A stretch of 39,849 bases of DNA from Octopus bimaculoides (GCF_001194135.2 NC_068983.1:10457103-10496951); one strand, 5' to 3'. Shown: positions 1 through 11,668, counted from the first letter of the stretch. Numbers and translations: made by a program. The notes: generated from the sequence alone by a model not told the origin.

Positions 1-310
1 GTGCAAGTGGCTGAGCACTCCACAGACACGTGTACCCTTAACGTAGTTCTCGAGGGATATTCAGCGTGACACAGTGTGACAAGGCTGACCCTTTGAGTTA
101 CAGGCACAACAGAAACAGGAAGTAAGAGTGAGAGAAAGTTGTGGTGGAAGAGTACAGCAGGGTTCGCCACCATCCCCTGCCGGAGCCTCGTGGAGCTTTT
201 AGGTGTTTTCGCTCAATAAACACTCACAACACCCGGTCTGGGAATCGAAACCACGATTCTATGACCGCGAGTCCGCTGCTCTAACCACTGGGCCATTGCG
301 CCTCCACAGG
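1..310 (-). mobile_element. tRNA-derived SINE (family C), reverse strand, running off the window edge
   Basis: The reverse complement starts gtggaggcgcaatggcccagtggttag...ggtttcgattccc (A and B boxes). Nearly identical to 9903-10221. Confidence 0.88.
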
Positions 311-1233
311 TCAATAAAATAACAAGTAACTAAATATGAGGGTGAAGGAATTTTAGTGGTCCTACCCTTCTCCAAAGTTTGTGATCGATACACATGTTAG
401 GAATCATTATTGGACAATGAATGAGTTCCTACGATGAGTGATTACCAACTGAATTACCTCGTCATACAGATAATTGATTGATTTCATGTAAGGAGGGGGG
501 GGGTGATAAATATAATTTACAATACAAATTTGCATTTTCATTTTAGAAGCTATCCTCATAGACAGACTAGGGCCCCAAATTAACAACAGGCTGGAAATTA
601 GCAATCAATATATTATTTAGCTACAGCTGGATGCATGTAAGTTCCTTTCTGGTAACATGCTCATGTATTATAAAAGAGAAAAAAAAGATTATAGCAGTGA
701 CTCGATCAATTCCTAGCAATATCTGAAGAAGGAATTTTTATATTCCAAAATATTATATCAGACTATGAATAATTAAATTATAACAGTTATTATAGTCCAC
801 TCTGCATTGCTGAGCCATTCAAGACATGTTATATTTCACAAACAATACACAATGCTTCCAGCGAACTACAATACTCTCCTATATATAATTATATAATTGG
901 ATGTAAGTGAAGGTGCATTGCTTAGTGGTTAGGGTATTCAGAAGGTCAGGAGTTCAATTCCCGGCAGCATGCTGTGCATTTGAGCAAACACTTTATTTCA
1001 CGTTGCTCCAGTCCATTCACCTGGTAAAAAGAAAAATGAGTTGTACCTGTAATTCAAAGAGCAAGCCTTGTCATACTCTTTGTCATGCTGAATCTTCCTG
1101 AGAACTACGTTAAGGATACGCACATGTCTGTGGAGTTCTCAGCCACTTACATCTTAATTTCACAAGTAGGCTGTTCTGTTCCATTGTACAGATCAACTAG
1201 AACACTTGTTGTCATAAACAATGAAAAGTCAGG

Positions 1234-1234
<1 letters not shown>

Positions 1235-1288
<54 letters not shown>
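1235..1288. repeat. (AT)n microsatellite
   Basis: Uninterrupted AT run. Similar AT, CA or TAT runs lie near 2130-2177, 3427-3460, 3676-3740, 21243-21410, 23360-23420, 32985-33030, 33091-33125, 38715-38735, 39083-39117 and 39815-39849. Confidence 0.97.
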
Positions 1289-1289
<1 letters not shown>

Positions 1290-2080
1290 CCACTCCACAC
1301 TCTTTAATCACACTTCCTTCACAATATCCTGCCACCTATATTATAGCATTTGAACCTCAATGGTATGCCATGACACTTGCCACCATCTATATCTCTCTTT
1401 TCCTTTACTCAATCATCCCATTTATATTCTGATCCCTTGTGAGTATGCCCAGCATTTTTCCACCATCTTTATCCTGCTGTCTCCCACTCTCTCTTTCTCT
1501 CCTGCACTTCCCTCAGGTTGGGTAACCATGTATTTCATTTGCGGTAGCACACCTGTTTCTGTCTTCATTCCTGAGATCTCTCTCTCTCTCTCTCACCGGC
1601 CGGGTAACCTTGTATCTCCTCTACAGCAAGACACCTGTTTCTGTCTCTCTGTCTCACTATAACCTTTCATCATCTGACAAAAGATCACCTCCTCCAATTC
1701 CCCCTTCCCTATCAAAAGTGATCTTTTTTGTCTTGCAAGTACTTGGTGACCTTGTCAGTGCAGGTGCCACATAAAAGCACCCAGTCCACAGTGTAAAGTG
1801 GTTGGTGTTCAGAAGGGCATCCAGCTGTAAAAACCTTGCCAAAACTGACCTCACCTGGGCTTGTGCCACATGAAAAGCACAATTCCCCTCACCTGTGCTT
1901 GTGCCACGTAAAAAGCACTAAGTCCACTCTGCTGAGTGGTTGGTATTAGGAAGGGCATCCAGCTGTAGAAATCCTGCCAAAACAGTCACAGAAGTCTGGT
2001 GCAGGCTTCTGCCAGGCTGGCTCTTGTGAAACCATCCCACCCATGCTAGCATAGAAGGGGGACGTTAAACGATAATGATG
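1290..2080 (+). mobile_element. LINE 3' UTR-like repeat ending in the RTE-type tail
   Basis: The tail matches 11500-11668. The pyrimidine-rich 5' part resembles 11980-12540 (+) and 5041-5460 (-). Confidence 0.6.
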
Positions 2081-2235
2081 ATATATATGTATACATGTAA
2101 GATATTATTATATTATATAATATAATGATACATATACACACACACACGCACACATACACACACACACACACACACATCAAACTGTTTGTAAAACCTTATT
2201 TGTTAAATTCTTGTATGATATATTTTTCAGGAATA

Positions 2236-2736
2236 ATGTCTACAGATTCACGACTACTGGTCATCTTATGTATTGCTATCATTACCATTGTCTTCAAGGC
2301 AAGTGAAGCCACTGAAACTCATTCAACGGACATAAAAATAGAACCATTTCCTCATCCTCAAGAACAAGGGAAATCTTTAAAATACGAATGCAGCCTCCCA
2401 CACAAAGAAAACATTACATGGCTTTTACCAAATGGTACCAGGGTTGATGAATTTGACGGTAATCATATTGAGCAGATCTCAAACACATTATTCATAAGAA
2501 ATGCTACTGTTCAGGATTCTGGTTCCTACACATGCCTGCAGGCGGAAACTATGATTAAGGCCACTGTTAATGTGATCATTTACATCAAATATGACTATTT
2601 TAAAGAAGGTTTAATCATTGTTGGTATAAACTGTTCTTTATTACTTATAATTTTTACTTGTTATATTGTTAGATTTATCAGGTCTTATAGAAGGAAATAT
2701 CAACAAGCACCCACGGATTTAAATGAAAATATTTGA
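2236..2736 (+). CDS. Single Ig-domain type I transmembrane protein (166 aa), one coding exon
   Basis: Acceptor tttttcag ends at 2230 and ATG is at 2236. Hydrophobic N-terminus (LLVILCIAIITIVF). Ig hallmarks: C52, W62, L85-x-I87, D94-S-G-S-Y-T-C100. N-glycosylation sequons NIT, NGT, NAT. TM segment GLIIVGINCSLLLIIFTCYIV followed by basic RFIRSYRRK and a short tail. AATAAA near 2858. Confidence 0.85.
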   Translation: MSTDSRLLVILCIAIITIVFKASEATETHSTDIKIEPFPHPQEQGKSLKYECSLPHKENITWLLPNGTRVDEFDGNHIEQISNTLFIRNATVQDSGSYTCLQAETMIKATVNVIIYIKYDYFKEGLIIVGINCSLLLIIFTCYIVRFIRSYRRKYQQAPTDLNENI

Positions 2737-3057
2737 ATGCCCTGAGACAAAAAGAAAGACATGGAAGGGACAAACACTAATTACTAAATTGTTAGGACAA
2801 TGGCATTCATAGAAAGAAAGAAAGAAAAAAAAAAAAGCAATATTTAAAAATTACAGAAAATAAATTCTCACAAGAGGATTTGTTGATATTAAGAAGGTTA
2901 ATATAAATACAGGATTTATCTTCATTTTCATAAATTTACTTTGTTTTAATTTATCTAGCTTTACTTTCTTGTATTTTCTTTTATTTTTTTTACATGTTTC
3001 AGTTATAACACTCTGGTCTTCCTGAGGCAAAGCTTTGAAGGATTTTAGTTGATCATT

Positions 3058-3286
3058 TTGAACCCTCTAAGCATTCAGGTTAATCTGTCAAATGTAATGC
3101 TTATTTATCCACATTGTTTTGAATTAATCACGCATTATCTCATATCCTTGCGATTTCGATATGCAAATGTTTATTTTTAGAATGACATAGTAGGGTAGGT
3201 GTGAGAGGCAAGATCTGGTCAGTCCAAACATTAAATAGGTAGAATACCTTGGCTGGATATGGCCAGTTTAAATGCTAAAGGGTCAA
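3058..3286. mobile_element. MITE-like element with ACCCTTTAGCATT-type terminal inverted repeats
   Basis: Left end ttgaaccctctaagcatt, right end aatgctaaagggtcaa. A related short element lies at about 6598-6700. Confidence 0.6.
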
Positions 3287-3422
3287 GTCTGGCTCTTATT
3301 TTAATCCATTTCTTTTCAAACTGCTAACTTACAGAGGACATGAGCATAGAGCATTGTTTTACGAGCAGTATCAACAGAGACACTTGAACAAGCATACACA
3401 ACACAACTCAAATATGATTGCA

Positions 3423-3465
<43 letters not shown>

Positions 3466-4113
3466 AATGTATAGATATATGCATATATCCATACATATAT
3501 GTACATACCTACATCTATATGTATACATACATGCATATATGGGTACAGGACATCAAAAAAACGTTAAACACAATGAGAAACGAAAAACGAAAACAGAAAA
3601 CAAACTTTTTTCAAACAACGAAAAAAAACAAACAAAGAAACGAGACATGCAACAAAGAGTATATCCCTTTGTCATATATATATATATATATATATATATA
3701 AGTCCGTCGTATATATATATATATGTATATGTATATATATGTGTCTGTGTTTGACTCCCCCAACATTGCTTGACAACGATGCTGATGTGTTTATGACCCC
3801 ATAACTTAGCGATTCGGCAAAAGAGGCCGATAGAATAAGTACTACGCCTACAAAGAATAAGTCCTGGGGTCGATTTACTCGACCAAAGACGGTGCTCCAG
3901 CATGGCCACAGTCAAATGACAGAAACAAGTAAAAGAGTATACATATATATATGTATATAATTAAGACATCATAATGAAGAATGGAGAATAATACATCTTC
4001 CAAATTTACTTATTGAAGAATTTTCTTCATATTCCACTCCGACATGTGTTTCTGCTGGATAAGTGTCCCACTGTCCTTCGATATAGCAGTAACATGCATT
4101 CAGTTGATTTATA

Positions 4114-4139
4114 TTAAATCAATTGCAACTCATTCAAAT
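4114..4139 (-). CDS. Candidate terminal exon of the coiled-coil gene (H-LNELQLI*)
   Basis: Acceptor ccaccttcag with a compatible phase. An alternative candidate lies at 4966-4997 (P-SVYKRLSTS*). Not resolvable from sequence. Confidence 0.3.
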
Positions 4140-5883
4140 CTGAAGGTGGACAATCCTAAGCAGTTTTATTTGAGGTGTTACTCACACAGGTAATTTCACT
4201 TCACTCACCTGTAAGGGTAACACACACACACACACACATCATAACTAACATAAATGTGGGTTGGCTGATTTCTCCCGTTATACTTTACATCATATGAAGA
4301 GAGGGGAGAGAGAATTAAAGAGGGATACATCCAATGAGTAAAGAAATGCTACACACACACACACACAGAGACATGAGAGAAGGATGAGAAGCCTAGATGA
4401 CAAAGTAGTTATACTGGAGGAAATGGCAGATAAATATGCATGTACATGAATACAGAGGTGACATTGGAACTGGGCGTGGCCCTGTGTTTTCAGATCCTGT
4501 CGAATCACCCAACCCAAGCAAGCATAAAAAACAGATGTTAAATAATGAGGATCACACATAAACACGCACACACGAAGAGAAGTTTACTCACTAATATTTT
4601 CACATTTCATATCCAAATTAACAGTATATTTGTACTTCTCTATAACATCATCATCATCATCATTGTTTAACGTCCGCTTTCCATGCTAGCATTAGGCATG
4701 GGCATGGTTGTTTGGTTAGGAAGCTTGCTTCCCAGCTACATGGCTTCGGGTTCAGTCCCACCGCGTGGCACCTTGGGCAAGTGTCTTCTGCTATAGCCCC
4801 GAGCTGACCGAAGCTTTGTGATTGAATTTGGTAGGCGGAAGTTACTGCCACATGTGTATATGTCTGTGTATGTGCTTGTGCCTCTCCGAAAGAGAGAGAG
4901 AGGGAATAATACTAATTAATAATTATCTTCACAGATAATTATCATAACATCTAATTTCTTTCTTTTTATGATGTGGAAAGTCTTTTGTAAACGGATGCTG
5001 ATTAAACATTGACCAATTTAGCTGCTTAATTAAGCTTATTGGTGTTCAAGCATGCCAAGTGGTCTCACAAAAGGCACAAAAATTTATATTTAAACTTGAA
5101 GGTTTGTCATCACCAGCAGCATCCAACCCATGCCAACATCCATCCAGGTTGGTATGGGTTGGATGGTTTGATAGGTTTCGAAATACAGGAATGTGCCAAG
5201 TTTCAGTGTCTGGTCCAATTAATGCCAACTACTTTACAGAGTGTTCTGGATACATTTTTGCGCTGCTTATACAAGTGAGGTTGCCATGGTAACTCACAAG
5301 AGAAAAGAGACTACTTCACTGAGGAGGAGGGCAGGTTTATGCCTGGTGTTGGGAGGTTAATATGATAGACAGGAAAAGGTTTCCTGCTCTACAGAAGATA
5401 CATGGCTACCTAGTGTTATATAAGGATAGAAAATGGCATGACAATCAGAGCTACTGTCTCTCAGTATACTTTAGAAAAATTACTTATTGACAATTCCTTG
5501 TCAATAAGCCTTGTGAATGGATTTAGTAGACGGAAACTGAAAGAACCCTGTCATATATGATTATATATGTTTGTGTGTCTGTGTTTGTCCCCTCCAACAT
5601 CACTTGACAACCAATGCTGGTGTGTTTATGTCCTCGTAACTTAGCGGTTCGGCAAAAGACACTGAAAGAATAAGTACTAGGCTTACAAAGAATAAGCTCT
5701 GGGGTCTATTTGCTCGACTAAAGGCGGTGCTCTAGCATGGCCACAGTCAAAATGACTGAAACAAGTAAAAGAATAAAAGAAAATTCCAGTTCTGTAAGGG
5801 TTAAAATTCAAAACTGATAGCACTAAAATATAATGAAAAAGAAAATGAAAACAAAATAGAATGTTAAAAAATTATAAACTCAC

Positions 5884-5921
5884 GTGTTAACACTTTAATC
5901 CGCTTGTCTTTCTTCTCAATG
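5884..5921 (-). CDS. Coiled-coil gene exon 7 (N-IEKKDKRIKVLT+C)
   Basis: Acceptor atttctgttgcag, donor C|GTGAGT, phase 2 to 1. The seven exons total 424 nt in one continuous frame. Remembered similarity to CCDC152 (KMVETN..., ECATL..., LVSE...Y...I, IEKKEMEI) is tentative. Confidence 0.75.
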
Positions 5922-7602
5922 CTGCAACAGAAATCACAATTATTTTTATTATGAACAATAGAACATACAGAACAACAATATATTTTTAATCCATAACATC
6001 AAACGTTTATTTTATTGAATATCCTGTCAATATTGTGCATTTTGAATCCCAATTCTTTACAGTTTTACACCAGATGTCCATTGTAAAAGAGTTCTGAGCC
6101 ACCAAGGAAGCATATACAGGGTAACTTGATACACTAGAAACTGCAACCAAATCTCCCTCAAATCACATCCTATCATCACCATCATCATTTAATGTCAATT
6201 TTTTTACATGCTTGTAAGAGTCAGATGGGGATTTGTTGAAGATTTTTTCTATAACCAACCCTCACCTGTTTCCCAGCAAGGTAATATTCCACTTTCTGCA
6301 AAAACATCTCTGGCCATGGAGAAATGTTACCTTGCTTGGAAGCAGGTGAGGGTTGGCGATAGAAAGGGCATTCGACCATAGAAAACTTGCCTCAATAAAC
6401 TCTGTCTGATAGATGCAAGTATGTAAAATGGATGTTAAAATGATGAAGAGGAATTTAAATTCTAGAACTTATCTCCCCTGCCTTTCATAAGTTAATACAG
6501 TTAGCCATTAAGAAAATGATTAGTTCATTTCACTATTAGGACAATTCTAATTAAAATTTATTGGCACTGCAGCATGAAGTATGGTATCACCTACTTATTA
6601 ACCTTTAGCACACTGCAGGTGCATAATGTCACCATGTGAGTTTTCTCCCCTGTTGTAACAGGGGAAACAATTGTAGAGATAATGCAGTGTTAAAGGTTAA
6701 AAAGACATGACTGAAATACAATATTTTCAGTCTGAATATGTTAGTAAATATGTTAATAAAACATGGTGAGAAGGTAGAAAAAATTCAGTGATGAGTAAAA
6801 TGTATGACAAGTATTCGAAGTGCAGATATGGCTGTGTGGTTAAGAAGTTTGCTTCAGAACGACATGGTTAGGGGTTCAATTCCACTACATGAACATTCTT
6901 GGCTAACATTCTACATTGTAGCTATAGTTCGATCAATACCTTGAGAGTAAAACTGATAAACACAAACTGACAATGTGTGTGTGTGTGTGTGCGTGTTTGT
7001 GTGTGTGCGTGCTTACATATGTTTGTGTAATTTTGTATTTCTCCTTGTTTCACTGACTGTAAACAAACAACAGCATCACTATGAACACAAGCAGTGTTGT
7101 TTGTTTATAGTCACACACAAAAGCACATCAGGATTTCTCAACATGTTATGTCACCTTTGCAAACAAAAAGTCCATAGCTGTCCTCAGTAGTATAGTGGTA
7201 AGTAACTCTGCTTGTCAAACAGGAGACTGGGGTTCGATTCCCCATGAAAGAGGTCCATTTTTTTGGCACTTGTGGTGCTCCAGCATGGCCACAGCCTTAG
7301 GGCTGAACTGTATAAAAGAATAAAAGAATTCCTTGCTTTGAAACATGTGATGGCTAGCAACAGAAAGGGAATCTGGCCATAGAAAAAACAAACTCAAAAT
7401 ATTCCTTCTCATCCAGTAAGCATGGGAAAGTGGACATTAAAAAGACAATGGTGATGATGATGATGAGTTAACCGATGATCAAAATATAAATTCTAACCAT
7501 GGCCACCCAGTTGTTTTTCCATTTTTTTTTTTCAGGTTTAGTGTATCAAAGAACACATTATCCAATGGTCTTTTTTTTTCCTAAGATGATGTGATGATCA
7601 TC

Positions 7603-7945
7603 ATCATCATTGTTTAACGTCTGCTTTCCATGCTAGCATGGGTTGGACGATTTGACTGAGGACTGGTGGACCAGGAGGTGACACCAGGCTCCAATCTGAT
7701 TTGGCAGAGTTTCTACAGCTGGATGCCCTTCCTAACACCAACCACTCCGAGAGTGTAGTGGGTGCTTTTACGTGCCACCAGCACGAAGGCCAGTCAGGGG
7801 GTACTGGCAACAGCCACGCTCAAAATGGTGTATTTTACGTGCCACCTGCACAGGAGCCAGTCCAGTGGCACTAGCAACGATCTCGCTCGAATGTCTTTAC
7901 ACGTGCCACCAGCACAAGTGCCAGGAAGGCGACGCTGGGCACAGG
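7603..7945 (-). mobile_element. RTE 3' UTR-derived copy (reverse strand)
   Basis: Starts with catcatcat and is the reverse complement of the tail at 11420-11668. Confidence 0.8.
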
Positions 7946-8199
7946 TGCCATCACGATTTGGTTGCTATTTCTTGAAGGTTGAGTAACTGTGTAGAGGCTC
8001 CCTTGTTGACTTCGTGGTTAATATGTGGTTACTGTAGTTTGAACAGCAAGAGTAATTAAGATGTGGTGGTGGTAGAAGTGTGTGTGAAAGAGAGAGTACG
8101 ACTGAAGTTATGTCATCAGAAGCAAAGAACAAAAAAATGACTTCACTCAATACAATTCACAGAAATATGAATAAATGCACAATAAAAACTTCAACTAAC

Positions 8200-8309
8200 T
8201 TTAATAAATATTTTTTCTCAGCAAGCTCCTTCTGCGAGACCAACTCCTTTAGTTTGCTCTTTTCAGCAAAATAGGCTTCAGATGATTCACGGAAGATCTT
8301 ATTTTCACT
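8200..8309 (-). CDS. Coiled-coil gene exon 6 (SENKIFRESSEAYFAEKSKLKELVSQKELAEKKYLL+AA)
   Basis: Acceptor catttttctacttcag, donor AA|GTTAGT, heptad-like charged sequence, phase 0 to 2. An extra exon hidden in the gap 9288-9902 cannot be excluded. Confidence 0.8.
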
Positions 8310-9036
8310 CTGAAGTAGAAAAATGAAAAGTCAAGTTATAAATTAGGCATAGCTTTGGGGTTAAGAAATTTACTTAGCAAATTTTCACTTTTCAGTTTCA
8401 ATACTGGTGTGGAGTCATGTGTGAGTGTCTATGACCGTCACCTCAGATTAACGAATGTCTTGTGAGTGAAATTTGGTAAATGGAAACAGTGTGGAAGCCT
8501 ACTGGAAAGTTGTTTCTATTATCAGTGTGGTGGATTTGATCTGTTGCCTGGTTTAACACCATCATCTGGGCCATGGTCACCTTGACAAAAGTACATTTTG
8601 TTGCAAGCATTCAAGCCAGATTTCGAACCTGAAGATGACCTCTCCCTTTCTCACACCAGTCTTGGAGCCCCTGAAAAGGGTTATGAATACTGAAATTCCT
8701 TTTCTGACTTAGCCATTAAAATTTTTTCTGGCATGACTGTATGGTTGAGAAACTCACTTTGCAACCGTATGGTTTCAGGTTCAGTCCTACTGCCAGCACC
8801 ATGGGCAAGTGTCTTCTACTACAGCCCCAGGACAACCAATGCCCTGTAAGTGAATTTTGTTGAGGCAACTTTTCTACAGCCCAATGTCCTTCCTGTTACT
8901 AACCCCACCTGTTTCCAAGCGAAGTAACTTTTCTCCATGACCAGATGTTTTCACAGAAGAGTGGAAGCAAGAGACACTGCCTGCATGATGGGCTTTTCTT
9001 CCAGTTTCCCAACAGGAACAATGACATTTGTTTCCA

Positions 9037-9287
9037 GGAGTGGCTGTGTGGTAAGTAACTTGCTTACCAACCACATGGTTCCGGGTTCAGTCCCACTGCG
9101 TGGCACCTTGGGCAAGTGTCTTCTACTATAGCCTCGGGCCGACAAAAGCCTTGTGAGTGGATTTGGTAGACGGAAACTGAAAGAAGCCCGTCGTATATAT
9201 GCATATATATATGTGTGTGTGTGTGTTTGTGTTTGTCCCCCCACCATCGCTTGACAACCAATACTGGTATGTTTACGTCCCCGTAAC
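9037..9287 (+). mobile_element. Family A SINE, truncated by an N gap
   Basis: Near-identical to 18703-18930. Confidence 0.9.
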
Positions 9288-9902
9288 NNNNNNNNNNNNN
9301 NNNNNNNNNNNNNNNNNNNNNNNNNNNNNNNNNNNNNNNNNNNNNNNNNNNNNNNNNNNNNNNNNNNNNNNNNNNNNNNNNNNNNNNNNNNNNNNNNNNN
9401 NNNNNNNNNNNNNNNNNNNNNNNNNNNNNNNNNNNNNNNNNNNNNNNNNNNNNNNNNNNNNNNNNNNNNNNNNNNNNNNNNNNNNNNNNNNNNNNNNNNN
9501 NNNNNNNNNNNNNNNNNNNNNNNNNNNNNNNNNNNNNNNNNNNNNNNNNNNNNNNNNNNNNNNNNNNNNNNNNNNNNNNNNNNNNNNNNNNNNNNNNNNN
9601 NNNNNNNNNNNNNNNNNNNNNNNNNNNNNNNNNNNNNNNNNNNNNNNNNNNNNNNNNNNNNNNNNNNNNNNNNNNNNNNNNNNNNNNNNNNNNNNNNNNN
9701 NNNNNNNNNNNNNNNNNNNNNNNNNNNNNNNNNNNNNNNNNNNNNNNNNNNNNNNNNNNNNNNNNNNNNNNNNNNNNNNNNNNNNNNNNNNNNNNNNNNN
9801 NNNNNNNNNNNNNNNNNNNNNNNNNNNNNNNNNNNNNNNNNNNNNNNNNNNNNNNNNNNNNNNNNNNNNNNNNNNNNNNNNNNNNNNNNNNNNNNNNNNN
9901 NN

Positions 9903-10221
9903 CGGAACAGCCTGCTCGTGAAATTAACGTGCAAGTGGCTGAGCATTCCACAGACACGTGTACCCTTAACGTAGTTCTCGAGGATATTCAGCGTGACACA
10001 GAGTGTAACAAGGCTGACCCTTTGAATTACAGGCACAACAGAAACAGGAAGTAAGAGTGAGAGAAAGTTGTGGTGAAAGAGTACAGCAGGGTTCGCCACC
10101 ATCCCCTGCCGGAGCCTCGTGGAGCTTTAGGTGTTTTCGCTCAATAAACACTCACAACACCCGGTCTGGGAATCGAAACCACGATCCTATGACCGCGAGT
10201 CCGCTGCCCTAACCACTGGGC
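9903..10221 (-). mobile_element. Family C SINE, reverse strand
   Basis: Near-identical to 1-295. A related copy at 907-1200 (+) shares the 3' half. Confidence 0.88.
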
Positions 10222-10533
10222 ATACATATTTATGTCATTGGCAGATGAAAATCATCTGCAACAGGCACCAAAACTGCCAAATCACATAATTTTGACCTAC
10301 TCGGTTTCCTCAACGGCAGACATCCAGTAGCCACACACCAGCCAAATCTCACTGCCAAAACAATATATATAATTTCAGTGCCATTTCTGAAACTGGTGTT
10401 ACAAATAGCCAGCAGGCTCATCCAATAATAATTATTAAGAACCAAAGCAGTATTAATACCAAAAGGCAATCTTTACATCCAACTGGCAACCATAACAGAT
10501 GATTCTCATCTGCCAATGATATAAATATGTGTG
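10221..10533. repeat. MITE-like element with 38-bp inverted termini
   Basis: 10221-10258 and 10496-10533 are reverse complements at 35/38. Confidence 0.8.
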
Positions 10534-10707
10534 CTTTTATGCACCATGTATCCATAGGGATCCTCTCAAGGTAAATAACACACTATTTGGTGTTCTAACA
10601 AAACATCCACTTTAAGATAGATAAGAAGAAAACAGTACCCCACCATGACTACAGACAAATGGCTGAAACCATTAAAAGAATAAAAGATATAGAATTGTCT
10701 GCTTTAC

Positions 10708-10771
10708 CTTCTTATTGAGTTCAGGTACCTTGAGAAGATTATTGACTTGTGAACGCAGTTCTTGAGAAGTC
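10708..10771 (-). CDS. Coiled-coil gene exon 5 (R-TSQELRSQVNNLLKVPELNKK)
   Basis: Acceptor ttttctctttgtcag, donor AAG|GTAAAG, phase 2 to 0. Confidence 0.8.
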
Positions 10772-10845
10772 CTGACAAAGAGAAAACAATCAGCTCCAGA
10801 GAAAGAAAATAAAAGTATTGAAGAACAGACAACAAAATATTGTGG

Positions 10846-11668
10846 CATAAGGCAGACTGTATGACGCATGTGTGCGAACAGCCATGCTACATGGCAGTGA
10901 AACATGGGCTGTGACTGCTGAGGACATGCGTAAGCTCGCAAGGAATGAAGCCAGTATGCTCCGCTGGATGTGTAATGTAAATGTGCATACCCGTCAGAGT
11001 GTAAGTATCTTGAGAGAAAAGCTGAACATAAGAAGCGTCAGTAGTGGTGTGCAAGAGAGACGATTGCGCTGGTTTGGACATGTGGTGAGAATGAATGAGG
11101 ATAGCTGCGTGAAAAAGTGCCACTCCCTAACAGTTGAGGGAACCCGTGGAAGAGGNNNNNNNNNNNNNNNNNNNNNNNNNNNNNNNNNNNNNNNNNNNNN
11201 NNNNNNNNNNNNNNNNNNNNNNNNNNNNNNNNNNNNNNNNNNNNNNNNNNNNNNNNNNNNNNNNNNNNNNNNNNNNNNNNNNNNNNNNNNNNNNNNNNNN
11301 NNNNNNNNNNNNNNNNNNNNNNNNNNNNNNCACCGAGGCGATGACTACTGACCGAGACCTTTGGAAATGTGCTGTGCGTGAGAAGACCCGGCAAGCCAAG
11401 TGAGATCGTTGCCAGTGCCCCTGGACTGGCTCTTGTGCGGGTGGCACATAAAAGACACCATTTCGAGCGTGGCCGTTTTCGTGTGGGTGACACGTAAAAG
11501 CACCCACTACACTCTCTGAGTGGTTGGTGTTAGGAAGGGCATCCAGCTGTAGAAACTCTGCCAAATTAGATTGGAGCCTGGTGTAGCCATCCGGTTGCAC
11601 CAGTCCTCAGTCAAATCGTCCAACCCATGCTAGCATGGAAAGCGGACGTTAAACGATGATGATGATGA
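10846..11668 (+). mobile_element. 5'-truncated RTE LINE 3' end (ORF2 C-terminus, 3' UTR, (GAT)n tail), interrupted by an N gap
   Basis: MLHGSETW...RRLRWFGHVVRM...RGR...DRDLWK..VREKTRQAK*, then a 3' UTR ending in cggacgttaaacgatgatgatgatga. Confidence 0.9.

Noticed and set aside
2125-2235. ORF-track start at 2125 for the Ig gene
   Set aside because: It translates a (CA)n microsatellite lying upstream of a clear splice acceptor at 2230.
4040-4113. LYRRTVGHL in frame after the stop of the 4139 candidate exon, reminiscent of a remembered CCDC152 IYRRKLQH motif
   Set aside because: It lies behind a stop codon, the spacing is inconsistent, and the match is too short to separate from chance without an alignment.
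8200-8309. Exon initially resembling the XRCC4 coiled coil (ELVSQKELAEKKYLL vs CVSAKEALETDLY)
   Set aside because: The next exon gives NIEKKDKRIKVL rather than F..VLNEKK, and no XRCC4 head-domain exons were found upstream.
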